A stretch of 63,946 nucleotides of DNA, the filler included, from Phoronis australis (Eukaryota; Animalia; Phoronida): the NCBI GenBank assembly GCA_002633005.1. It is 12 parts of 12 records of this genome, joined end to end, with 100 filler letters (N's around TTAATTAATTAA, not from the genome) between each part and the next. Parts side by side here need not be neighbours in the genome. Positions count along the whole stretch, not along the records: positions 47,833 to 53,045 come from NMRA01002388.1; positions 53,146 to 56,737 come from NMRA01002944.1; positions 56,838 to 59,869 come from NMRA01000729.1; positions 59,970 to 62,710 come from NMRA01003457.1; positions 62,811 to 63,946 come from NMRA01003938.1; 7 more parts are not named here. The stretch is one strand, 5' to 3'. The translations under genes were made by a program, and so were the position numbers. Below are positions 50,709-63,946 of the stretch, in pieces. The notes below the pieces were generated by a model. That model saw only the letters and a list, made by a program, of their open reading frames with translations. It made no database searches and was not told the origin of the DNA. Position 1 is the stretch's first letter. Each line of letters starts with the position of its first letter.

Positions 50709-53509
50709 CAACTTTATCAGGTTGTGATTGTTTTCTAATAATGTCCATTTCGTACTGGTGGCGGTAAAATCAAAATTCTTATTTTGGTTAAGATTGTCTT
50801 CTATAGGTGGTGCTGCATGCTGTAAAAGATCAGTGAACCACCTGCAATGTTGGTTCAAAACCCAATTAGTTGCTATGGAAACTTGTATTTATTTTCAGAA
50901 CAGTAGAATAATTCTTTCTGTTATTGGGTTGACAATGAAGTTGGTGACCTGATAATAACAAATAATTTGCCATGAGATGTAGATTAAAACTCGATATAAA
51001 AAGGTATCCAATCTCATTTACTATAACAGTTAGAAATTGACCACACGATCTCCTTTCAAGTTTTATGTGAATATAAAATTACAAATAGTGTTTGTATCTG
51101 AATAGTTCAAGAACTTTTGACCTTTAAAAGCGCTAAACAAGGTTTAAAAAAACTGATGAACAGAGACAAAGACATTGGCCAACTGTACATGAAAGACGCA
51201 GGCGATGTGATGAAAAAAGTGTATTGTCACCACCCAAGGATAATCGATGATTATCTTCTTGCATTGTCACTAGAACCACAACACCTTGTTGAAAGACAGA
51301 GATGCTGTCAAAATTGCCAAGTTTGTGATGTACAGCATTGCTGGTTAATGCGATATTTCTTCTATTCATTTGCGTAATCTTTAGAAATTTCCATAGACAA
51401 GCATGATGGAAACTATTTGAATAATTTATGCTTGTGCAAACTGTCGGTATCTCAATGGTGGGAGCAAAACCGATTATAGGTAATACGGACTTGTGAAAGT
51501 TTAGAGATATTTAGAAAAATATCATAACTTAGTTGTGCAGTGAAATTTAAGGAGTACGATGTATAAGATGGATTAAAAAAAGAAACCGTCCTGTTGGATT
51601 TTGGCACTGTTATAATTCTCCACGTATTTCGCAGAAAAATAATTACCAAAACTGATATTTTCCTTTTTCAAAGGCTGATGAACTTGCTGAAAATAATGGG
51701 AACATTGCCAAATGTTGTTTTATCGCATCTACACAGTACAACCAATGCTAGCCTTCAACTAAAATTGTCTTAACCTTTATTCCTGTAGAGAAATTTTATT
51801 TTATGAACTTGTCGGGTCGGCCATATTGTTTGCTAAGCAGCTATTGAAAACTTTCATACAAACAAGATGCCAGTGTACTGAAACCTCCCTTTGTTTAATG
51901 ACCACTGTTAATTCTCTTGTTGCTGCCATTGGAACATGGTTTACAAAACAGTTTCTATGATAATGGGTCCACGGTTGCCATATTTACAACATTAAGGCAT
52001 GTGGCATTATACAAAGAACTAAATGGTACTTAGCAGGAGGCTAGAATCCAAAAGGCCATCATGGCCTATTACAGAAAAACACATTAGCCGCTAGGCATTA
52101 CACCCTGCTGTTCTGTGTGCAGTTTTCATTGGTATAATTGGATAATTGGTAGTGGAGTTATCAGAATCTATAGGTTGTTATTGGGTTATGGGCTCCTTAT
52201 ACATATGAACACAGCCTGGGTAGTTGGATTACTTGATTCTTCAGCTGGAAGAAGAACGTTTACTTTCATGGGTAAGAGATGTTGAACATTGAAACTTCCC
52301 ATTTCTAGCTGAGGGCAATGAATTTACATTTCGTTTTTAAAGAAAAGTTTCTGAGAATCTGAGTATTGTGGTATGGGAGGTTCTTTTGGTTTTGCAGTTT
52401 TTTTAAATATGTAAATGGTGATTTGAGATGTTTCGATTTCAGTCCAAGCATATATTTTATGTGGCATAGACCTGTCCCTCTGCTCAGACTACGGTAACAT
52501 TTTTACATCACACTTATCTTAAAGTCGTAGTTTACTATTTACTGTTTGCCAGTTAAGTAAAGTGAAACTCATAACAAAACTATATTAGAGATAACTGATT
52601 GATTAATAGTTATATTTTTAAAAATCTATGCTCAAAACTCATGCGAGTTATCTCCCCTATTTTACTCGGCTGATTGTATATCACATGAAGACATGGGGTG
52701 AATAAGTTTGAGTGAAAATATTTGGATAAGTTTCTGCAAATTTGAGTGAAAGTAACAGCCATAATGTTCAGACGATCACTGTGTTGCGGGAAATGTTCAA
52801 AATTCCGTTGTGTGTTATGATTACAGTCATACTCTATGAAGTTTTCAAGTAATCAAGTATTATTGTCTTGTTTACTTTTGTTGAAAATTTGGATAATATA
52901 AAATGTTACTATTCCGCCGTATTTTGATCCGAAGAAACATTACCATATTTCGACTAATCTGCTGTCAAAGAATCCAGTTACTCACAATCACAACCAGTTG
53001 ACATTGTTGCCTTCTTATGATGTAATAGGGGTCAGGTGGCAGATTNNNNNNNNNNNNNNNNNNNNNNNNNNNNNNNNNNNNNNNNNNNNTTAATTAATTA
53101 ANNNNNNNNNNNNNNNNNNNNNNNNNNNNNNNNNNNNNNNNNNNNATCCTGACATGAAGGAATAATGAACACATCATCAATCGCATACTAGTGACGTAGA
53201 ACTATGCAGTACTTAAGCAGTTCTAAGAAGAACTACGTGTAGTTTGAAGTTCAATAGCTAAGAGGCCATCCTGCAGCCAACATAAAATACATTTTATAAC
53301 GTTATTCCAGGAAACTAAAGCTGAATTCATATTTGTTTAATTATCGGATGTTTATCAGTTAACAAAAACTCATAAGTTTTGGTATACTTGTCAAAACTAG
53401 AATCACAGTTGAAAGATGATAGCTATTATAAAATCATGCTACACACAATACTAACATCGGCTAATGACCGGTAACTGCATACAATTCAGTCTAAATGCTT
53501 GCATGTATT

Positions 53510-55630
53510 CGGCTAAATCACAATCAAGGTCCATATTAGAGAGTTGACTGTGTTACAGTCTAAAATAATTTTTTGTTCACTTACCAAATGCCAACTGAAT
53601 CTCATTATGCAAAGAGTTATTTAGTCGTGCAAATTAAAAAAAGAATCATCAAAATCGGACAATGTTTGAGAAATTTATGCATATTTTTGTCTATGAAAAT
53701 CGTGCATTTTTAGCGTTACGCGCGGCCATCTTAAAAATAACTATTTTCAACTGTCAAGAGTAGAAAAGAAATTTATTTTATCAAGCAAGCAATTGTTTAG
53801 ATATGACTGGGAATAACTTGAGTCACTTTCAGAGTCAATTAGATGAAGTTGTGCTTAATCATTGAGAAATGGTAGGGTTCATCATAAAACAGGCACTTGT
53901 TACGAAATTTGTAAATTCTGTGTTTCTAACCCTCACCTACTGTACAGAAGATTAAAAACTAAAGTACACACTCTGTAACGAAAAGAACTGCAAAATATGT
54001 CAGCCTAGCCAACACAGAAAATTATTCAATATCTAAACAAACCAAAACTTTGGATGTTGAATGGGTTCTGCTATGTTGAAAATGGGCCAAAAAGGCTAAC
54101 AAAATGTAGTGTACGTACCCCCATGTGGAATTCAGTGATACAAATGGTCATTGCAAATGTAATTTTTGCCTTTAAAGTAACATCATGGTGCTTATTATCA
54201 CCAAAGAAAAATAAATGGCCATACAATATTATGTTATCATGTGATGCAAAAACAGTGCAGATGTAGTGTACGTACCCCCTTTTGTAGTGTACGTTTACTC
54301 CCATGTTTACAAATGCCATGAAATTAAAATATCACTTGGTAGTAGATTCTTATTATTTAGTTACAAATCTGACATGTCACTGAAATGCAGTGTACGTACC
54401 CCTGTGTAGTGTACGTACCCCCACGTGAATAAATATTATGAAACAAAAATATTACACGGTAAGTAAGCAACACTTGTCACAGACAGCTTCCTCCATTAAA
54501 AATGCTAGCTTAAAAGGGTGTTAATTACAAATACATTTGTTTCGAGTGAAATATTAACATTTGTGTAGTGTACGTATCCCTATATTTTAACATGTGCCTG
54601 TTTTCAAAGAATGACAGACAGATATGCACATGACTGCATGCTGTATTTTTTATTTGTTCTCTTTGAATATTGGTAAATGAACTAACTCTCAGTAGATTTT
54701 AATTATTTTTTATAAACCTGAAAAGTCATTGAAATGTAGTGTATGTAACCCTGTGTAGTGTACGTACCTTCAACCTCTGTGTTATAAAGTATTGCTCACA
54801 AGAATTTTACATACAGCTGCTGTTCTCATGAACAATACTGATATTTCCAAAATGAATACAGTCTGACAAAAAAAAACGGACATTATCAAATTTGTGGACA
54901 ATAAAATGCCACACAGGACTTGGCTAGTACTGAAAATCCTAGAAAACACGTCTCAAGACAACTTCAACTTGCAACAAACCAACAAGTAGAGGCAGCACAA
55001 AACTCGAGACCATCCCATACATTTGTAACCTAGTCAAAATTTGACGTTGTTTGACTGTGCATAATGTACGTACCCCCCAACCAGTACCATTTTTACTGTT
55101 TACAAGTGGAACACTGGGCCTAGCATTGCTTTAACTATTTTGGCCAACTGGTGAATGTATTGAAAACTAGGCAAATAGCACCAATAAAGTTTTTGAAAAA
55201 GTAGTTACTCGTCATTTTCTTTTTGTAAGAATCATATTGCAAGAGAAGGAAGTTCTCGTTATAAGTTGTGTTAAGATTTGCAATGTATCATCATCTAGAA
55301 CAACTTGATCAGCAAGGTAATAACTTTTCTTATTTTAGTATGTGACACTTCTTTAATCAAAAACTTATTAAACTAACAGCTACCTTATGAATTTTTGCAT
55401 GGTAGAAGTGGGTTGTTGTGACCACAAGTTGTAGTGTACGTACCCTTTTATACAACTGTGATGCATATAGGTCATAAAATTTTATTCGGTGGTTCTTGTG
55501 CAAAAATATTTTAGATTACTAACCTGGAATGATGGTTCTTGAAAATAACACAGCTTTTACAGTTATATGATAACCTTCATTTTTCACCAAAAGTGGCCAC
55601 CGAATATGGACCTTGATTGTGATTTGGCCG
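53510..55630 (+). mobile_element. Complete 2121-bp non-autonomous DNA transposon, 28-bp TIR CGGC(T/C)AAATCACAATCAAGGTCCATATT
   Basis: TIRs 53510-53537 and 55603-55630 match 27/28; ATT flanks both sides; about 10 internal TGTAGTGTACGTACCC motifs; no transposase ORF. Confidence 0.92.
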
Positions 55631-55978
55631 ATTGCAGTCTAAAGGTCTAAGTTCTGGAGACTATGATTTTCCATGATAATGAATAACAGAGATTTCACGA
55701 AACACCTTTCACAAATTAATGGTATTGAACAAAATTCCGATATTTCAGTACCGTAGTAAAAACTAGACTTCGGATATTTTTGTTCTTCAATTATAAAACA
55801 CTACTATGGCTCAAAAGAAAGGAAAATTGGCATGGAAGTCAGTAAAACAGACATATTGACTATTTTTATTCCGTATTGTGGGTTGTAAAACATACAACTT
55901 AGCAGTGCACTTGGAAAGCTTTGTTAGTTTGTGAAAAATGAGGTATTGTACTAAGACGTAATGAATGGGGCGTAAACA

Positions 55979-56190
55979 GGAGACAGTAGGCCTCAGTGGT
56001 TTGAGCTCCCAACTCCTGTTTGTCAGACCAGGGTTCGAATCCTGGCTTCACTGGCTGACAATCGAGCATTGCACAATGGTGTCTCCTACTCCTCCACTAG
56101 TGAATGTATGCAATGGTGTGAATGACAACCTAGATGTAATACGAAAGCGATTTCTAGGGTTGTGCCCCTGTTATAAAATGGGTTGTAGAC
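55979..56190 (+). mobile_element. tRNA-derived SINE
   Basis: A-box-like taggcctcagtgg and perfect B box GGTTCGAATCC at 56032-56042, followed by non-tRNA body; 3' end uncertain. Confidence 0.7.
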
Positions 56191-57880
56191 ATTTGGGTGT
56201 GCCCGTGTAACATCATGTAGATGGAAGACGGAAGAAGTGAAATTAAGTCGACGGACTGAGGCCATCTAGGCCATTAAGCCAATGGAATGATGTCACTGAG
56301 GCCAAAAACCAGTACGAAACTGGCCAACATCCCTCCGCGTCTGCGAAAAAATGGCCCGCGAGAAAAAAAGTTTGAATCTAAATAAAGGCGAGTTGCACTA
56401 CCTCGGACAAAGGTAATGTTGTAATAGATGCAACGAAGGTCTGTAGTGGAGCGGGGGAGACAGAATTTGAGTGAATTTTCTGTTTTATATTGTAGAGTAA
56501 TTAACATAATCTATCAAATTTGTTGCCATCGGGCGCTTAATTCTGGTTACAACTTAATTGATGACCGCTTTGTAGTAGACATGTTCGAATACTCCATACT
56601 AAATGTACATTCTTTCTGAAGGTGGCGTTGTTCCAGTTTCCGCTGGTCAAGAATCAATCAATACGGTGCACAGAAAGTCCTCACTAAAACTGGTTGCTGA
56701 TTATCAATTTGAAATAAGAAGATGGAATTTGCTATTANNNNNNNNNNNNNNNNNNNNNNNNNNNNNNNNNNNNNNNNNNNNTTAATTAATTAANNNNNNN
56801 NNNNNNNNNNNNNNNNNNNNNNNNNNNNNNNNNNNNNTCATTTTTATTTTCAATTACGAGCCTGGTTTATTATTTTTATAAAAAATGTATTTAATAACAT
56901 CAACTATTCTTTCAGATCAATGACAAATCAACTGTTAGTCCCAGTGAGTGCATAAGATCATCCTATGCTTGATGTTAATATTCTTGATCAACAAATTAAA
57001 CCAGATGTGACTAATTGCACATGACAGCCACCACTGTCGAATACATGTATGTCTGCAACTCGTCAACAATACGAGCAGATGACCTGGTCCGCGTAGAAAG
57101 TATTTTGATCAACAATTTACAAGAAAAAACGTAACCCTGCATTCACCATAATACCTAATCCTTAACACCACGATTGCTGCAATTTGGTCATATTTACTTT
57201 TCATGTTTCGAACCTAGTTTTCCGAAAAAAATTAAACCCTTTCGTCAGACAACTCTTTGGCGTCTTAACTTGTTCTCTAATGTTATTTTCTGCGTCTCTG
57301 TGGTTAATTGTCGACACATCATTAAAATTCAGTATCCAGGTTGGACTCGAAAGACCGGCTATTTAACTCACGCAATGTCTACTTTCGCTTTGTTTATCGC
57401 AGTGAGCCTCGCTTTGGATTTTAATGGCCGCCGCGTGAATAGAGTCTATGTGGTACAATTGTGCAGAAAATCGTTGACTTCCGGTTAAAGATGGCGGAAA
57501 TATTGGACGTGGCGCATGTGCACCCCGAAATATGGCTAAAAACGTTATCTCCTGTAGGGGGCGCATTTGCAAACCAATCACTTTCAAACTGGTCACGTGT
57601 TTGTTGAGTTTAATAAGCTTTTATAAAAATTATTGAACCGGAAGTCACTTTCAAGATGGCGGCTGTGGCGCATGTTCACACGGTTTCAATCGCTCTGGTG
57701 TCGCATTTTTCACGGGAAGAGTAAATGACGTGAATTTTTGCATGTGGATTCCTTGAAGTATGGCCTTTCAAAAACTCTGGGAGAGCATATTTCTCAGACT
57801 TGCCGTTTTCGAGTTATTTGACTTTGAATTTCAAAAAAAACGGCAAATTTTCAATTTTCTCGAAAATTTTTTGGATTTTT

Positions 57881-58607
57881 GCCAAACTACAACTTGAGAT
57901 AGAATTTTAAACGGGCTTTCAGAAGATATTTTCCATTTTGCGCTACGACGTCTACTTTTTGAATTATTTGAGATTTTCGGTTACCGTTGTTCCTTCGGTC
58001 ACAGGCAGCTGGCTGGCATTCAGTTCGCTTTGTTTTGGTTATGCCTAGTTGACTCAGACTGACCCAGCCAGCACTGTCCTACTGTAGACTGGACCGTCAT
58101 GTTGCGCCATCTATTGTTCTTTATTGTAGTTGATTGTATGCTCTCTATTTGATTTCTTCGCTAGTCACATGAATGTTATCGTGTTTGACAAACTACCACT
58201 TTAGATAGAGTTTTGAATGGGCTCTCAGGAGATAATTTCCATTTTGCGCTACGACGTCTACTTTTTGAATTATTCGAGATTTTCGGATACCGTTGTTCCT
58301 TCGGTCACGTATGCACGCAGCTGGCTGGCTTTCAGCCCACTTTGTTTTGGTTATGCCTAGTTGACCCAGACTGACCCAGCCAGCACTGTCCTACTGCAGA
58401 CTGGACCGTTATGTTGCGCCATCTATTGTTTTTTATTGTAGTTGATTGTATGCTCTCTATTTGATTTCGTCGCTACTCACATGAATGTTATCGTGTTTGC
58501 CAAACTACCACTTTAGATAGAGTTTTGAACGGGCTTTCATTCTTTATTGTAGTTGATTGTATGCTCTCTATTTGATTTCTTCGCTAGTCACATGAATGAT
58601 ATCGTGT
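57881..58607. repeat. ~310-bp tandem repeat, two full units plus an internally deleted third
   Basis: caaactac.actt.agatagag anchors at about 57883, 58189 and 58501; the third unit jumps to ttctttattgtagttgattg. Confidence 0.92.
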
Positions 58608-61600
58608 TCGTCGTCTTTTCGATTAATTCCGCCAAGTGTCGCTCCTCCGAGCGCTCTCGTTCTCTGTTTTGATGATTTGAGACTTGATGTCCAAAATCAA
58701 GGTTGTGCTTATCTACATGTATGAAGGTCCTCATATTTTGTTCTGTGCTGCTCAATTACTATGAAACCGTCCGTGGGAGTTAGGGTCCCATGTACCAAGA
58801 CCCATTGTTGAATAGCGCCATCTGGTGTGGCTAATATATATAGTGCTTAATTTTGATGACTTCCATCTTAAATGTGTTGTGATTTTACTTTTTATGCAGA
58901 TTTGAAATTGACGTTGTGGTTAATTATAAGGTCAGTGCTAATTGGAAAATGTAATTTGTAGAATTTTAAGAATCATTAAGCATATAGTTTACTTGATAAT
59001 TAATAATTTTATTTATACAAGTCAATATATAAGTTGTGTGCTTCCCATGATATACTTTATAAAGCATTATTTTATTCTTACAATAAAATGATATTGTATT
59101 ATATTGATTATTTATTCTGACTTTGATTTTAACTAGAAATTTAGCATTTAGAAATAATAACAATGCTTACATCTTTGTTTTAATTTCATATTCTGCTGTG
59201 AGTCCTTGCCTGGAACAGAGACACAGGTGTTGTTTTCAAGTTAGCATTCCAATGATTTATGGTTTGTGACATACTATAGAGAACCTAGTAACTTTATCAC
59301 TTTGCTTGAGTAATTTGTCCAAGAAATTACTGTAAAGGTACCTTCCTCAGGTGAGTGAAGTACAGTCAACCTGGGTGAATGGTATCGGTTATGCAAGGTA
59401 CTTCAGGTAAATAAAAATTTTCTTTTTTTCAATGCAACTCTCTTTAGTGCTGTTCGATCATCACCGTTGTTGAACATTTTTTTTTTGTTTTTTTAGGGTT
59501 TTGAATGGTTTTGAGTTCAAACGGTGGTTAACTCATAGCAGAATACTAAACCCTGTTTTGTTGATTTCAACCAGTCCTGGTTCTGTCACCTGCTAATGCA
59601 TCATTGGCGTCAGTCTTGAACGATAAAAGCAGGAATCAACTAAACACTAACACTCCCTTATTTCCCAAATTGGACATTCTGGTCCTTGGTGAGTTGTCTT
59701 TTAAACAGTTGCCATTTAATTCTCTAAAAGCTCTGGCCTCCAAAATGCATACGTAATAATAATCCAAAGAAAAAATAACTGAGCAGCACAAAAAGAATGT
59801 TAATTTTGTTAATGAGTGCTCGTTTTTCATAGGTTATGCATAGAAACTAGAGCGGGTTTAAAACCCATANNNNNNNNNNNNNNNNNNNNNNNNNNNNNNN
59901 NNNNNNNNNNNNNTTAATTAATTAANNNNNNNNNNNNNNNNNNNNNNNNNNNNNNNNNNNNNNNNNNNNCTAAATAAAATGTGAGCATCGCAGTTGCTTG
60001 AAGTCGCGTGAGGTCAAAAGTCATTTTCCACACGAGGGAAATGTGGTACGTCTATGTCTTGCCGTACCAAATGAGACATGCTTTGCCTTGTGGGAGAAAA
60101 ATCGACGAAGTGGCGAACAGTCAATGAATCTGTTTTTGAAATTTGAAACTAAAAGAAAATGCTTTGATATCAACAGAAATATTTACGAGCAAACCCCCAA
60201 AATACCTGGCAAGCAGGATGAATTCTATTTCAGTGGCAGAGAACCACTTTCAATATCGCAATTTAGTCTGTTTATCGCATTCCTGGCGTCTTTAGAAGAC
60301 CCAAACCGTAACTGATCCTACCTATTTCATTACTCTGCTGACCAAAACTAAGGTGTTCTCGGATAAGTGGGCATTGTATTCCGCTGAAAATTTTAACGCA
60401 TCCTCGAAAAATGAACACAATTTGATAAGCTTGTGGGCTCGTAAACAACGGGTGACGTCTCTGAAATCTTGGCAACTTGTAAAAAATATCACTGAAAATA
60501 TTTGTCACTGACGTTCACCATAATTGAAAGCGCAAATCCACGGCAACATGCTTTTTGTGTGACTAGACAACAGTCATGAAAAAATAAAGATTTGATTGAG
60601 GTACAAATTCATGGAATAAATGCTGCCTATGATCTCTGATAAAATGAACACACAGGCTTTTCGTGCGAAAGATTATCGAGGTCGGCGCCACGAAAAAGTA
60701 TGGAAAGTTCGTCCAAAGCAAGAAAAATATCAATTAGTAGAGCATTCAATAAAAAATACGGGAAAGACGTACCTGTATAAAAAGGGAAATGAAGTCGATG
60801 GCGACCGGGGGCGGGAGCAGTGGCGACAGGAGCCGGCCAAACCTAATGTATGTCATGTGCCTCGCGAACAGCCATGCCCAGTCCTATTCGTGGAAGCCAA
60901 TTCGTCGACTAACGAAAGCACCAAAATGCATTCGAAAGTGTACGGTCAAGCGCGGAAGCAATCATCTTTTTAGGGTAGTGGACTTGTCTTCTCAATCTGG
61001 CACTATGTTCAACATGCGCGCACCCAGCCTAAAAATGGGGGGGGGGGGTCGAAGTTTTGAGAATGTGAACCCTTTACTANTACTAAGACTCACGGGGTAC
61101 GTTCAGAGCTGTGAATTGTGCATTCACCGAATTTCGGTAGTTCCTGCCTGTTTAGTGGACTTTGTCTCGTTTTCTACTTCTTTCGGAGTTTTTGTTTCTC
61201 TGAGGCGGAACTTTTTGCCCACTTCGCCAAATGAAGCCCCGAGCCCCCAGGGTGCGCGCATGTTCATAAAGTGGCTAACATTTAAAATACACCTAGAACT
61301 ATGTCCCATTTCTAGAACTATTGCAGAGACACTTCACCCATGTTTTATCTCTGTTGGAAAACTCTATTCAAATTGTACCCTATCCACCTATCTACCCAGA
61401 ATTCCCGAAAGGGGCTCCACCAACATCAAGCCAACAGGGGGTGGGGGTTCGGAAACAGAAATCTAAAAACCCTCTGGGGCACTTTCGGGATCGTATGAAA
61501 TTTCTGGAAAGACAGAGTTTGGAAAATTAGGCTAATACTCTACTTTGGTCATTTAAAGGACCGTTGGAATCTTTCAAGTGTATCGATGAGTCGTCAACGG

Positions 61601-62642
61601 AGTCGCCGCTGAAGTGCTCAGTTACCAAACTACCTGGCTAGTAATTCTAGAAACTCAAAGTTAACATCTACATAGAAAAAAAAAAACAACTCACCGCCTC
61701 CGGTGCCACTACAACAGAGTTGAAATTTCTTATCTCAAGTCACATATTCCATCTTGCAGCAATTTTAAAGCTCTCACGTTTTGAAACACGTGTTAAATTG
61801 GAAGGATGGAATCAGTGGACCCAGGGACAAGCCAAACTGACAAACCAAAATATAATAATTTTTACAAAACAGATAATAAAACACTTGTTTAAACATAGAA
61901 ATGGAAACAACAAATTTACAACATCATACCTCGGCGTGAACCAAATCCGTGTGTACTTTTTCGCATTGCACGTTTAGGAACAGAATACTCAACATTAACT
62001 CACGCGCACACGTAACGCACATAGAATTTTGGGCAATCGTACAAAAGTGTATACGTGCATAAAATACACAATGCAACACTGTGTTTTCCACACACGAGAA
62101 AAATAGACCTCTCTGTTACAACAGGCAAACCCTATGAGTACGTTGCACACGTTCTGTCTCTTGACGGACTCAAGTGCTGCTACCGTCGGTGATAACCTGA
62201 AGATGGCGCACACGTCACAAAAGCCCTCTACTGAAGGAAGGTCTCTTAGAGCTCTTTACTTGTTTCTTTGGTCATTTTGTGAATGCAAAATCAGTTCGGA
62301 AGCTATGCCAAGAATTTGAAACAGGGCTACCATTTCATTGGCACTTCCCCACTGTCCACATTTCATTGGCTGTCCCGCGGCCATCAAACGTGCCAGTGTC
62401 CAGCAGGTAACATCGGAGATTTGTCATTTTAGAGACGAAATCAACATAGTTAATCATTGCCCTCCCTCTCTCGTCACAATCCTTAAATCACTTTCAAACT
62501 GCTTTCATCAAATCAACAACCCCCCAGCCATTCGCCAACTGTTTTGTTTGACTCATATTACATACTGTGGGGACATACACAAACTCGATACTCTCACGAT
62601 CCTGGAATCTTCGTCACATGTTGTCCGCAAGTGCAGTGTACA

Positions 62643-62710
62643 TCAGTGGCGGATTTAGAGGGAGGCGATTGTGTGATGAGCAAAATCCTGGCTAATACTC
62701 TGCCCTGGCC
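62643..62710 (+). mobile_element. CAGTGGCGGAT-family MITE fragment, cut by the spacer
   Basis: cagtggcggatttag...gcaaaatcctggctaatactctgccctggcc matches the reverse complement of about 25090-25120. Confidence 0.75.
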
Positions 62711-63918
62711 NNNNNNNNNNNNNNNNNNNNNNNNNNNNNNNNNNNNNNNNNNNNTTAATTAATTAANNNNNNNNNNNNNNNNNNNNNNNNNNNNNNNNNN
62801 NNNNNNNNNNTCTTATACCCATGCCAATTTGATGTCAAAAATGTTGAACTTGATTATCAAATAAATCTCTGATTGTATGACAGTCTTAAATTTATTCTAA
62901 TTAACCTATAACCCTCAAATTCTGGATTGCGCTCAAAAAATTGTCGGGTGATCTTATGACTCGGCGGTTGGTGCTTGAATCGATAGCGTGTGGCAAATGT
63001 ATAAAAGCTCAGACTTAACGAAGTACACTAAGATCTATGATGCATTGCTAATCAACCATAAATACTTTTATAACCAATAGTGTACAGAATCTTTGTAGTC
63101 ACTTGACTTCGACCTACGTCATGCATAGTTGCGACTGCATTATCAGAATTTTAAATCCGAATTAAAAGCACTTCCTGACCAATTACTACCGTCTTATTCG
63201 TTTTGCAAATGATTTGAAATTAATTACTCGTTGAAACAAGAGTTCAAAACGCAATCAATTGCTTAGGTTAATGGCATGAAAAGTGGCTAATTGATAGTCC
63301 ATTAATGTATGTAATAGTATACATATCTTCCAATGTAGTTGAGGTTCTCAATCGCTTTGATTCCTGAACAACTCCATATACTAACAATGAAACAGTCGAG
63401 TATGATGGTGAATCACTCATAGATTTCAATTCCTTCTTAAGGCAAGTTACGAAATAAATGACAGTTTGTTATGTCTGCCGCTGAAGTGAGATGAAACTGT
63501 CACGTTGAAATGACAAGGTAGCAACTCTTCCTCTCCCACGAACCGTTCACGCTCCAGTTCTCGCTTACAGCAATCTACATTTTCTCGCACGTAGCAAATC
63601 CTTTCTTACTAACACATTTTTTACCGTCCACGTTGACTTCTTTTTGAGCTGCGCAGTCTTCTGTATACCGACAAGCCTTCCTTGTAGCTTTAGTGAAAAT
63701 GTTTGTCATTGGAGTCACAGCACTGTATTTCAGCAGAAAACAATGGGCGAATCGACAGGTGATGCTAATAGGCAAATATCCTCCTTTTTCACATCTGAAT
63801 AGGTTGATGGCAGAAAGCAGTTCATCAACAAGGGGGCGTTCATGTGATAAAAGGCCCACGTGATGAGAAAATAAATGTCTTTATAAGAATACGATGCCGT
63901 GTGGATGAGTAAGGTCCC

Positions 63919-63946
63919 GAGAGAGAGAGAGAGAGCGAGAGAGAGA
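63919..63946. repeat. (GA)n microsatellite
   Basis: Direct reading at the window end. Confidence 0.9.

Noticed and set aside
40785-55630. A giant inverted repeat or inversion flanking ELOF1
   Set aside because: These are two diverged copies of a dispersed transposon on separate contigs of unknown relative orientation
55979-56050. Functional tRNA gene
   Set aside because: A and B boxes are present but I could not form acceptor or anticodon stems; better explained as a SINE head
60620-61466. 117-aa and 225-aa ORFs (including MATGGGSSG...)
   Set aside because: No recognisable domain; the longer one runs through a poly-G tract and an ambiguous base

Overview
This is AT-rich, intron-containing eukaryotic (metazoan, probably marine invertebrate) genomic DNA, not prokaryotic. 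It is 12 contigs joined by 11 identical artificial 100-bp spacers (N44-TTAATTAATTAA-N44), so adjacency across spacers cannot be trusted. Splicing exons by hand reveals genes the ORF track mostly misses, all on the minus strand: one semaphorin exon (end of Sema domain plus PSI domain); the 5' half of a PhyH-family Fe(II)/2-oxoglutarate dioxygenase of the ectoine-/proline-hydroxylase-like type (4 exons); part of a C2-domain protein with a long Ser/Arg-rich region (5 firm exons, 2 likely upstream exons); and two coding exons of ELOF1, whose second intron starts with a U12-type GTATCCTTT donor. The rest is dense with non-autonomous DNA transposons and MITEs (several nested), tRNA-derived SINEs and satellites. 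The most unusual structure is a ~174-bp tandem repeat with a hairpin in each unit; the loop is inverted in one unit and the hairpin is collapsed in another. I found no convincing novel multi-gene system.
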